From: Azolla caroliniana
Lineage: Eukaryota > Plantae > Polypodiophyta
DNA: 64,000 nt
Direction: 5' to 3'
NCBI GenBank assembly: GCA_043228905.1
Contig: JBHGNT010000004.1
Location: forward strand, 15,438,001-15,502,000
The translations under genes were made by a program, and so were the position numbers. Positions 37,699 to 48,931 of the stretch are shown one piece after another (within the stretch, counting starts at the first letter, position 1; each line of letters starts with the position of its first letter). The notes beneath the pieces are model-generated. The model ran no database searches and had not been told where the DNA came from. It was given only the letters and a program-made list of their open reading frames with translations.

Positions 37699-39637
37699 TG
37701 TCGTAAAGCCATTTACGAGTGAAAAAATGGAAAGAACCCGCGATCTTTATCTCTCCGAATCCGACCTCCTCCTCGACCAGTCTTTATCCACAAGTTGAGA
37801 GGGCATCTTGCTCCACACCCTCTCCCGTGGTACTGTGGTACCGTCCTTTGGCCTCCGCATGGGCCACATCCGTCTTGTCCGGAAGGCCGACTAGCTCCGA
37901 GTCTCCGGACTCCGACCGCGTGCCAGATCTCTCCTCCTCTTCGAGCATCGCCTTCAGAGCCTCGTACACTTCCCGAACTAGGGCCTCGACGTCGAGCTTC
38001 GTTGGTCCTTCTTGTTGCGTGCCCACCTCCTGTTCTGATGACGCGTCGTCACGCGTTATCTTCCCTTGCCCTTTCGCGGACCGCTCCTCATCCAACCGCC
38101 GGCATACCCATTCGACTTCCGACCAGTCCTCAGTAAGGCCATTCGCTCCGTCGTCGTCTTCAAGCTCAATTCCGATGGCCTCCCGTTCCGCTCAGTCGAT
38201 CAACCTAACGAACAATAGGACTTTGTCCACCCCCACCAGTCTTTGTTCTCGCTTTGGGAGCTAAGTAAAGCGCCGCTCGAACTCCCGGAACGCCTTCGTT
38301 GCGCCCTGGTGGGTCTTCACCGATGCAATCCACTGGTCGAAGTCACGCCGTCCCCGACTCTTCGGCCGTCCACCGTATGCCTACAGGAGCGCCTCTTCGA
38401 AGGCCTCCCACGAACTATGAGCTTATCGAAGCTCCTTTACTTCCGCGTGCATATAGACGGCGACGGCCCAACAGAAGAATTCCAGCCTCAACGCCTCGTC
38501 CATGCCTCGCACATCCATTTCCGCGTTGTAGGCTTCCAAGTAGAATGGGACTTTGTCCCCGTTGAAACAGTTGACTCTTTCGACCACTCGCTCAATAACT
38601 TGTTGCGTCGCTTCTCGTCTCATCGTCACTAGTCCAAACTCCATCACCACTTTGGCCAACATCTCTGCGAAGTCTTCATCTTCCAACTCCATCTTCTCTT
38701 GCCGCCCTTCACGTCGGGTTCACTAAAGATATCGCGAAATCCGCGGGTACGTGTTGGATCTGGGTGGGACTACCGGGGTCTTGGACCGGGGAGAGATGGG
38801 TTTCCGGAAGGTCGAGCTCACTGGAGCCGGATATGCCGTCGAGACACCAGTCGGAGCAGTTTCGGATGCAACCTGGAGATAACCGATCCGGACGTGTCTT
38901 GGAATACGACCGAGACGCGTAGAGGGAGAGCACGCGCGTACACGCACCCACTGGCCCTTCGTAGCCGTGTTTATAGAAGGCCCGAAGGACTTAAGTCTAT
39001 ATATTTATACACATATTAATAAGTACACAGACTACAGTCCGGTTCACCGTGCTCACATGCACGCTCACACACACACACACACATATACACTAGGAAGAGG
39101 AAAACCCCGACACACCAAACCGAACACCAACGCTTTGCATAGAAAACACACAGAAGTTTATATATATATTCATACAAGACAAAGAAATACAACTCTGACC
39201 TCGAGCCAGAGTAAGGTAGATTAGGTTACAACAACGGTCTACTGCCAAGCCGCCGATCAGGGAGCTCTCGGGCTCGTCGCGCCGAGCGGGGTCTTGCATA
39301 GGAGATAGAGCAGAAGCGAAACCCACCCCTTAGGACATACGAGCTCCAAACCGGACTAAACCCTTGGACCTAAGTGGTATACCCTCCTAACTCAGAATGG
39401 GCAACCCCTCTACAAGGGACCCTCCCTTCCTTTTATAGCACAAGGAGGGAGGTGCGTAACAATGTGGGATAAATCCCGTATTGCATGGGATTCTCTGTCC
39501 CAACTTAACTCCTATTCGGCGCCATAAAGGCACCCCATTATCTTACACGTGTATACAAGGGTGAGTGCTCACCCCGCACCTCGCTGATATTCCCATTAGC
39601 CTTGGTTTTCTCACTATGGTCGTGAATCTCCACGACA
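37699..39637 (-). mobile_element. tRNA-Trp-primed gag-only gypsy derivative (5' LTR ~38730-39637, PBS, gag fragments)
   Basis: PBS ttcacgtcgggttcacta at 38708-38725; LTR ends CACGACA on plus; ORFs 38423-38692 and 37784-38095 are homologous to 21090-22325. Confidence 0.8.
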
Positions 39638-40827
39638 ACGTTATATCCAATTTTGGAGTTTGCTTATAACAACTCCAAGCATATGTCGACGGGATATAGT
39701 CCTTTTATGTTGATGTATGGTTTTTCAGCCACGAGCCCCAATTGATGTTAACATACATCATGATGAGTTGCGAAGTATGCAAAACATTCTTCGGGATATG
39801 CAAGATATTTTGCATATTGCACGAGATAATATAAAAACAGTTTAAGATAGAGTGTGTTTTTATGCCGATCATAATAGGCAACCTCGTGTATTCAACCCTG
39901 GGCAGAAAGTATTTCTACTTGTACCTCACAATTCTAAGACATTGTCTACGGGTAAGTACGCTAAGTTAGCCCCACAGTTTTGTGGAACTTTTACAGTTCT
40001 CAAACGCATTGGTTCATCAGCCTATCGTCTCACTCTTCTTGATGGTGTTGAAATCCATCCAGTTTTTCATGTAAGTCGTCTAAAAGAACTTCTAGGTTCT
40101 TGCGACAATACAATGACAACTGAAACTCTGGTTACTTTTGAAGAATTAGCTTCTAAACCACATGTACTAGAAAGAATTCTCGATGTTGTTAAAACAAAAA
40201 AATTGTGTTGTAAAATAATCTGAGAATTTAAAATAAAATGGATGAATAAGACTATAAAAGATGCCACATGGAAACACGAAAATACTCTTAGAACTAACTT
40301 CCTTAACTTTCCATTGCAAAAGTGCAATTTTTTAAAGAGGGGGAGTATGTTATGGACACATTATCGACTACATCGAGACTCAAGCACATTATCGACTACG
40401 TCGAGACACATTTGACACATTATAGACTACATCGAGACTCTGACATTGTGGTGGGTCAACTCTTGTAGCGAGCGCGCCAACACCAATAATGACTCGACGC
40501 CACGATGGTGGTATGGGATGCCGATCAAGGCTCAAGGTCGTCTCCATCCCTTCGCTTAGGGGTGGTCGGGTGGATCGGCACCCTTCTTTCTCTCTCTCCT
40601 TTCTATCTATCTATTATTGATATCCTTATCTCATGCTTACTTTAGATGTAAGCTCTAACAAAAGATGTAAGGTTCTTGGTATTTGAGTTGCATGGCCACG
40701 ATGGGTACTCGGTAGGTACATCGGGTGTTTTTGAACTCGTCTTGAATTACTGGGAAGCCACGACTGGCGTCAAGGCACTATGCGTGGAGGTGCTTGGTGA
40801 ATGGGGTGCATGCCATCTAATGTAACA
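39638..40827 (+). mobile_element. Chromovirus Ty3/gypsy 3' end: integrase C-terminus, chromodomain, PPT, LTR
   Basis: KLAPQFCGTF...IHPVFHVSRLK; ERILD...FKIKW...DATW; PPT aaagagggggag; LTR TGTTATGG at 40348 to TGTAACA at ~40827, containing three ~23-bp repeats. Confidence 0.85.
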
Positions 40828-41120
40828 CAACCTACAAAGATTAGTATAAAAATGTGCGTCTAGGGTAATAGTGGGTCTACACAGAAACTATGTGAACGTT
40901 CATTGGGTGTTTGAGTGAGCATGTCGCATGTGCATCGTGATTTGACGGTGGGTGTTCGACGAGTGTGGCATGGGACACTTAGGCTAAAAAATATTAACCT
41001 GTTTACAATTATTATTATTTATTTCTAATTTAATTTACTTTATTTAGTTTTTATTTTTGTAGTTATTGTCATAGACATATGCCACACCATAGTGGAAGGT
41101 AGGGATTGAACCCAAGACCT

Positions 41121-41454
41121 TGTTGGGAAGTCAGTCCCTCCGGATGGGATCCGATTAGGAATGAAGAGGACCTAGTAAGATCTGGAAATCGGTTTGGATG
41201 GACCCGGTGAGAACTGGAAGAAAAGACATGTTTGTAAATATGTTTTGAGTAAGCCTATTGAGGCTATATTTATAAATAGCCCTAAGTTCATATGAGTATA
41301 AATATGACCTAGGGCAATCACAGAAGGTGTGTTGTCATATTGTTGTATGTGTATAATTGTTGTATAGACTGAGAGAGAGAGAGCGAGAGAGTAGCTACGA
41401 GCACTTTCTGTTGTAACCGTCGTCTAGCAAAGATCGCGAGCACGAGGTTGTTGT
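41121..41454 (+). mobile_element. Partial copia family-2-like LTR
   Basis: Starts TGTTGGGAAG; 41370-41454 resembles 10035-10100. Confidence 0.55.
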
Positions 41455-44400
41455 TGTCATGATATGGCAAGACTCGAACCCATAACCTTAAGTTATATGG
41501 GTTGAGCTCTTGACCATTACATTATCTATTGTAATACATAAGATATTATTTTCATTTAAGTTTTACTATAGAAAATTATTGTATATTCCAGATTTCTCTG
41601 GAACATTCTAGAAGCTTAAGGACTATTCCTGAGAACATTATAAAAAGAGGCACAAGGCATTATTTCGAACCAAATTGGTTCAATGCCAGTCTTAAGCCTC
41701 ATAGCTATTTTGTACTTACTCTTCACATTATATATCATCTGGTATCATCATCCTCTCTCTCTCACCTTCGCTATCTCTCTCTTGTGAGTCTAACGCAGTC
41801 CATCCTCTTAGTACTAATAGTACTTCCCTTCTCTAGTACTAATTCTCTCTTTGTTTTAGTACTATTCCTGACGGTTTGAACCAAAATGTCCCTCTAGTCT
41901 TCTTTTCGGTTTCCCTCATCCTCTTACCCCTTTTTCCAATACTATGGCTACTGTTAGCGCCCAGGAATATCAATCCGTTTTTTCCGAGCTACAGTGTCTA
42001 AAAGAAAAATTCGTTGCATTGGAACAAGAAAACCAACGATTGTTAGGGGATCTTCAACAAATTGCTTTAGAAAAACAGCAAACGCAGCAACAACATGGGG
42101 AGTTAGCGTTACGCATACAACAACTCAAAGCAACCATCATAGCATTACAACAACAAGGATCCAGACCCCACGGACTTCATAAAGAGCCCAAGATTGGTCT
42201 TCTTGTGAAATTCGATGGAACACGCTCACAATTCAGAGGATTCCTTAATCAAGTACGCTTAGTCATGCAAATGCATCCTTCTCGATACCCCACTGATGCA
42301 TCCCGAGTAGGCCTAATAGGCACGTTGCTTAGCGGCTCAGCCTTGGCATGGTTCGCTCCGCTTTTGGAAAAACAATCTCCCTTGCTTAATAATTTTGAAG
42401 ACTTTATTAGCGAGTTTAAAGCCCACTTTGGAGATACTGACAACATCAGGATGACGATCAACAAAATCCAACGATTGCGTCAAGGCAATCGTCCCGCCTC
42501 TACCTACGCGGCAGATTTCCGTCTACTCGCCTCAGCTATCCCCTGGGATGATCAAGTACTAATGGAGCAGTTCCGCTACGGCCTGCGAAACGATGTCAAA
42601 GATTTACTTTTAACCTTTCCCAAAAAACCAAAATCTCTTATAGAGGCAATCAGTCGAGCGGTCCGATGTGACAACCGCCTTTTCGAACGACGTTCAGAAT
42701 GTCAATTTCAAATGCCACGGACTAGGCCAGAGCCCACGTACACCTCAGTCGTAGCTAAACCGGTTGCATGAGATGTATCTCAGGCAAATACTCTGACGTT
42801 GATGGAGATCGACACCATGCGTCGACGTGGCCTGTTATGGAAGAAAAAAAGCAACGACGATGTGCAAATCGATTATGTCTTTATTGTAGTGGACTAGGGC
42901 ATATTGCCATCAACTATCCCCATAGGCCAAGAAGACAGGTAAATCAAATCGTAGCCTGTACTAAACCTGAGTCAATTCCCTTAGGAGTGTCTGATAGTAT
43001 TAATAGTACTGATAGCCCAAGTATCTCAAACAAATTTGAAATCCTTAGTCAATTAGAGGAAGAGTTAAACGACTAAGTCCAGCCAAAATAGGAACCATTT
43101 GGTTGGACATCCCTAGATCTGTGCAGCCCATTAGTGGTTCCATTCCCTCTAAGCAAGTTAGCAATGTGTTCTTAGCCCAAGTCATGATTAGTACTAAAAG
43201 TACCCCTCCAGTACATGTCTTAGCACTTTTAGATTCCGGAGCCAATTCTTGTTTCATGGATTGGAATTTTGCCCAAGCTTCTTAGATATCCTTAAGAAAA
43301 CCTCCTTGCCCCGCATCTATAGTAGTCATTGATGGTCATCCCATTGCTTCTGGGAATATCGTAGAAGAGTCAGAACCCATTCAGGTTGTCCTAGATAGCT
43401 TTGTGTGTGTGGTATCATTTAATATAATTAGTAGTCTAGAGCATCCCATTGTCCTGGGATTACCTTGGTTTGAAGTACATAATCCAGACATAGATTGGAG
43501 AACAAGAGAAGTTCGGTATCGACAACCACGAGAATCTACTCATCGAGTTTTGACCATTTTGCTCCATCAATTACGTGAAGAAGGATGCAAGGAGTCAATG
43601 TTCCTATTTGCAATATCAATACATCCTTCCAGCACTATTAAAAAGGAATCCTTAGTTCAACTTCCTACGAAATATCATCCTTATGCCGATGTATTTGACA
43701 AGGTCAGAGCTAGTACTCTTCCTCATCATCATCCCTATGATTGTCCCATCGATTTACAACCAGGAATAGAGCCACCGTGGGGACCGATTTACAACTTGTC
43801 ACCAACCGAGTTGGAAGTCCTTCAAGCCTACATAGAAGAGAATTTGGCAAGCGGGTTTATTTGTCAATCGAAATCTCCGGCTGGTGCACCCATTTTCTTT
43901 GTCAAAAAGAAAGATGGATCCCTTCGTCTCGTCGTTGATTACCACAGCTTGAATAAGCTCACCATTCGAAATAGGTATGCACTTCCCCTTATATCAAGTC
44001 TATTAGAACGTGTAAATGGTGCCAAGTTTTTTACAAAAATCGACTTACAAGGAAGGAGTATATAACCCTGTGCAGATCTGATCGGGAGACAAATGGAAGA
44101 CCGCTTTTCGCACCCGATATGGGCACTTCGAGTATACTGTTATGTCGTTCGGTCTAACCAATGTGCCCGCAGTCTTCCAGCACATGGCAAGTGATAGATT
44201 CAGAGATCTCTTGGATATCTGTTTGATCATCTACCTGGATGATTTATAGATTTATTCGAAGACCCAAGAAGAGCATGATTCTCATGTACTATTAGTACTA
44301 AAACGACTCCGAGAGCATGGTCTTTATGCCAAACTAGAAAAATGTAGCTTTGATTGCAAGCAAGTGGAATTTCTAGGCTACGTCATCTCCTCAAAAGGCA

Positions 44401-45502
44401 TCTCCATGGATTCAACTAAAGTCCAAACTGTGCTAGAGTGGCAAACTCCATGTTCGTTATGAGATGTGCAATGTTTCTTAGGCTTTGCTAACTTCTACCG
44501 CAAGTTTATACAAGATTACTCGAAGATTATTTTACCTCTCACACAGCTTACCAAGAAGGGACAGTCATTTCTTTGGTCCAATGAAGCGGACATGGCTTTT
44601 ATGCATCTTAAGAAAGTCTTTACGTCAGCTCCTATTCTAGCTCATGTGGATGCAAACAAACCATTCATCATGGAGGCCGACACATCAGATTTCGCCCTCG
44701 GTAGCATCCTTTCACAACAAGGAGATAAAGAAAAGTTACATCCTGTGGCTTTCCACTCACGCAAATTTGATGCCGCGGAAATTAACTACGAGATACATGA
44801 CAAGGAGTTATTAGCTTCTTAAAGGGATCTCCTCATCGGGTCATTGTCTTCAGTGATCACAAAATCTTGCTTACTTCCAGAACGCTTGTGTACTAAATTG
44901 ACGACAAGCTCGGTAGGCCCAATTCCTCACACGTTTTGACTTCAAAATCACATATCGGCCGGGGAAGCAATAAGGAAAAGCAGATGCACTATCGCAACGT
45001 TCATATCTTGCACCTCGTTGGGGTGATCCAACATTTGATAATCAAAAGCAGGTAATCTTGGGACCAACACGTTTGCACATAACGCAGTTTTTTCACATCC
45101 ACTAGATTCCTGGATTATCGATGCCATACGTGCCAACTTGAAGACGGATAGTTTTGCTCAAGCCATTCTAGCACAAATTGATGCCTATCAGGCATCTTGT
45201 TCCGAGTCTCAACAACCAAGCATGGACTACCGACAATTCGAATATCATGATGGTTTATTATTCTTTAAAAAGCTTGTGTATGTTCCCGATTGCTCCTGTC
45301 ACCTTCAAATCGTCCAAAGTTGTCACGACACCCATACAATTGGACATTTTGATAGTACTAAGACGTTGGATCTAGTTCGACAAATTATCCTTTTGGTGGC
45401 CCCATATGCGACGTTTTGTCGACGACTATGTTTGGACCTGTGATGCTTGTTGCCGAGCAAAGATGCCACGACATCATCCATATGGATTGTTGGAATCCTT
45501 AC
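41455..45502 (+). mobile_element. Ty3/gypsy chromovirus (Tcn1/Tf1-like), 5' LTR to integrase N-terminus, interrupted by a copia
   Basis: LTR ~41455-41873; PEG10-like gag 41944-42771; LLDSGA protease; RT (YLDD); RNase H (EADTSD); HHCC. Confidence 0.9.
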
Positions 45503-47621
45503 TGTTGAAATGTATGTGCGGAAGCAATAGAAAACAAAAAATAGAAAACAGGTTTAATGGAGAGCTTTACAGTACGCGGGAGAGACAGAGAGAGTAGAAC
45601 GTTTTAATCTATTACGAAACAATAATAGTTCTCTGTACATGAAACGTGCTCAACATCACTATTTATACAAGTCCTGAGAGGACTAACAGAAGTACTGCGT
45701 ACTTCAATGCTCACTCGAGTGTCTGGCACTGACTACGAGACTATTAACTCCCAAGTAGTCTAACTGCTACTAGGCTTCCGGTTACTGATGGATCCAGCTA
45801 ACCGGCTCCCCAGCTCACCGGCTCACTTGCTCACTAGGTCACCGATCCGGCTCATCCTTCCGGATGCCAATCCGGCTCAGGCTTATTCAGCCGATCTGGA
45901 TCCGGTTGAGCTTGCCACTCAACACTCCCCCTCAAGCTCAACTTGAGGTCCGGTTGTAGTGTCAACGTATGTGGCAACCGGTCCTTCTACCCGGCTCCTT
46001 CTAGCGTCACTCCAGCTCGCTTGCGCTCCTAGTTCGGTCCGGTCCCATTTGCCGCGACCCTTCTGTTCCTGCGCACCTCGACCTCCTCGGTCGGCTTGTC
46101 TGCTCAACAGGCCCAATTAAGCTTCCTTGCTGTTGTGACTTCGACTCTTGCCGATTCGCCGATCCCTTCGTGTAGACTTTCGCTGCCTTCTTGTCCTCTT
46201 GGCCTTGAATTGATCCGGTTCTTCAGAATCCTTCTGTAGAACTGAATCGATTGTCTCTGATTCGTTCTAGCTCTTGTCCGAATCGGTTGCTCCCGATTCG
46301 TCTTCCGGTTCCAGGCCCTTCACCACATCGGACCATGTCCGGGTCTTGGCCTTCTTCTTCCGGTCGGCTCTGTCCTTCTTGACTCTGGCTCCGCTGCCGC
46401 TTGTTCCGACTTGTTCGGATGTGTCAAATTCCTTTGTCGACTTGGCTCCTTTCTTCTTCTTGTCTCTCCCCTTGTCGGTTCTTCCCTCATCAGCGCAGTC
46501 AACAGTCTCTTTGCCTTTGCTCGTTCCGGTGGTGTCTTTGCCCATTCTCCCCCTCAAGTGTGGCACGTTGAGATGCTGAACACCAAACATTTCGGTGAAG
46601 TGCTGCAACTTGTCCGATCTGAGTGGTTTGGTGAAGATGTCGGCAACTTGCCGATCCGTATGAACATGCCGAAGTTCGACTTCACCGCTCAGGACACGCT
46701 CACGCAAGAAGTGGTAGTGCAGTTCAATGTGCTTTGTGCGAGCATGGAATACAGGGTTCTTAGCGAGCTACATGCTACTTATGTTATCGCAATAGATTAG
46801 GATCGGGGTCGGCACCTCAATCCGCAGTTCTTGTAGCAGTCGCCGAAGCCAAATGGCTTCACAGGTGGCAATGGTAGCGCCCCGGTACTCAGCCTCAGTG
46901 CTCGAAAGGGCCACTGTTGGCTGCTTTTTGCTGCTCCACGCAACAGCCACGCTCCCAAGGGAAACATATAGCCGGAGGTGGATCGGCGATCCGATGCATC
47001 GCCGGCCCAGTCGACATTAGTGTAGCCAACTAGCTCTTCGGTTATACCGTGCCGGTATAACAGTCCCCGTTCCTTCGTGCCGCTCACATATTGCAAAATT
47101 CGATGCGCGCACTGAAGATGTTCTACTGTCGGCTTTTGCATGAATTGGCTAATCACACCGACCGGATAGCTGACGTTGTCGTGAAGATCCGTCACTACGC
47201 GCGGATCGTGAGGCGGAACCGCCGGGGTTCTGGACCGGAAGGATTCAAAGTTGATACAAGCTTTGGCGAGAAAGTACTTAAGATAGATTGGGAAAGAGAG
47301 AAGTTGAGATTAAACGATTGAGAAAGATTGATTGAACTTTTATCTTTGGATTTAAGAAACAAGTTACACCATCAATTTGATAACGAATTTCTTCTTCTTA
47401 ATTTCATAATAAAAACCGTTTTTTCTCTCCCCCCTTCCCTCTTTTATAGATGCTCTCATGCATATGATGCATGTGAGGGTACAAGACATGCATAAATTGC
47501 ATGTTTGCCATTTGGCGCTTAAGTATTACATGTGGTGCATGATAACCATGTCACTCATTTTAGCTCTCATGTATGAGAATTTACATGTAAAAGTACAATG
47601 ATAGAAATATAATTTCAACTA

Positions 47622-47693
47622 AATAGCATGGCTTAATGGTAAGCCAATTGACTCCTAACTTGGAGGTGCAAGGTTTGAATCCTTACTTGCCCT
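47622..47693 (+). other. tRNA-like cassette in LTR U3 (antisense to the element)
   Basis: TGGCTTAATGGTAAGCC D-arm/A-box; CTCCTAA loop; AAGG-TTTGAAT-CCTT T-arm/B-box. Second copy at 61779-61850. Confidence 0.65.
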
Positions 47694-48931
47694 CCTTGTA
47701 TATGTAAATATGTATATATATTTATATATTTATTTATCTAATCGCCGGACGCTAGTTCGCCGGATACCATCGTCGGTTACTGGTGCATCGCCGGTTACCG
47801 GTGCCGGATGCCATCGCCGGATCACCGGCTCCATCGCCGGTCCGGTTTTGGTTGGCCAAAACCCTTTACGAGTAGCTAGCCCACCTTCACTCTTAGTTCA
47901 AGTTACCTTGAACTCTCTATGCTCCACACATAGACACAAAGATAATATCTTTTGCTCCACCTTATATATGATGAGAGCTGTATTTGTCGTGCCTATGTGG
48001 GATATCTCACAATTTTCTCTTTTCCTTTCACAAACTTTATACCCTCATATCTTGACATTTAGTTGTCCGTTGTCGAGTTTTTACGCAAGTGCGTGTGGAA
48101 TCGAGGCGGGACCGCGGGGGTCTCGAACCGAAGAGCAAGCGAGGGAGGAGAAAGAGAGAGAACCGGCTACGCAGGACCGGGAATACACAGGGACACGGCC
48201 CTTCAGCACGGAGAACGCGAACGAACACCGACACAGACAGATGCGAATGACTAAATATATATATCAAGAATGGCTAACACGACTACAACCCTCGATGGGG
48301 CACAGGTTGGTTACAACCGAGCAGGCCGGCGAACAGATGCCGATGCCTGTTCACTTCGACGCACAAGGGGGTAGCCGGTCGGAGGTGCTGCCGGAAGCAC
48401 TCGGGCGTTCCTCGAGACAGCGCAAGCCTCCTCGGAACCCTGCACAGAAAGCTATGGAGCTCAAGAAGGAAGGAGACAGAGAGAGAAGCGTCCAGAAACG
48501 GTCCGGCAGCACTTCGTCCTCTCTGCGCCAGCCCCCGCAACAGCTCTTTCCCCGCTCTTATATAGTCCGACGAGCAGGCCTTCATGTCAGCTTTATTCCC
48601 TGTCCCTTTCGAACAGGGATCCGCTCCGTTCTTCACGCATCCGCGTAGTTACGCCGCCGACTCGTGCCGTCCTTTAGCTCGCGCGCGCGCTCGAAAGGAT
48701 TGTTCGCGCGGTCTTTGTCTCCACTTGTGTTAGGGCCCGTTCCCGCCGACTATCCTCCTAATTCGCTTCTACGTACAACTCGGAGCGTGCGCGCGTGAAG
48801 AACCGGTTCCCACGCCTTGGTGCGCCCGATTCCTCTTGTGGGCGGTTTTCTTCACGACATCCGCCCCCACCTAACCGCGCATCCACCGGCATGCGCCAAA
48901 TTAAGTTGGCACGGAGAAAACCGGCCCGCCT

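Noticed and set aside
40358-40445. CRISPR-like array of ~23-bp repeats
   Set aside because: Three degenerate repeats with very short spacers inside a plant LTR; no cas genes.
47622-47693. Functional tRNA-Arg gene
   Set aside because: Acceptor and anticodon stems do not pair; kept only as a tRNA-like cassette.
47710-48648. 312-aa and 253-aa plus-strand ORFs overlapping LTRs
   Set aside because: They cross insertion or LTR junctions and have no recognisable domain; chance ORFs in GC-rich LTR DNA.
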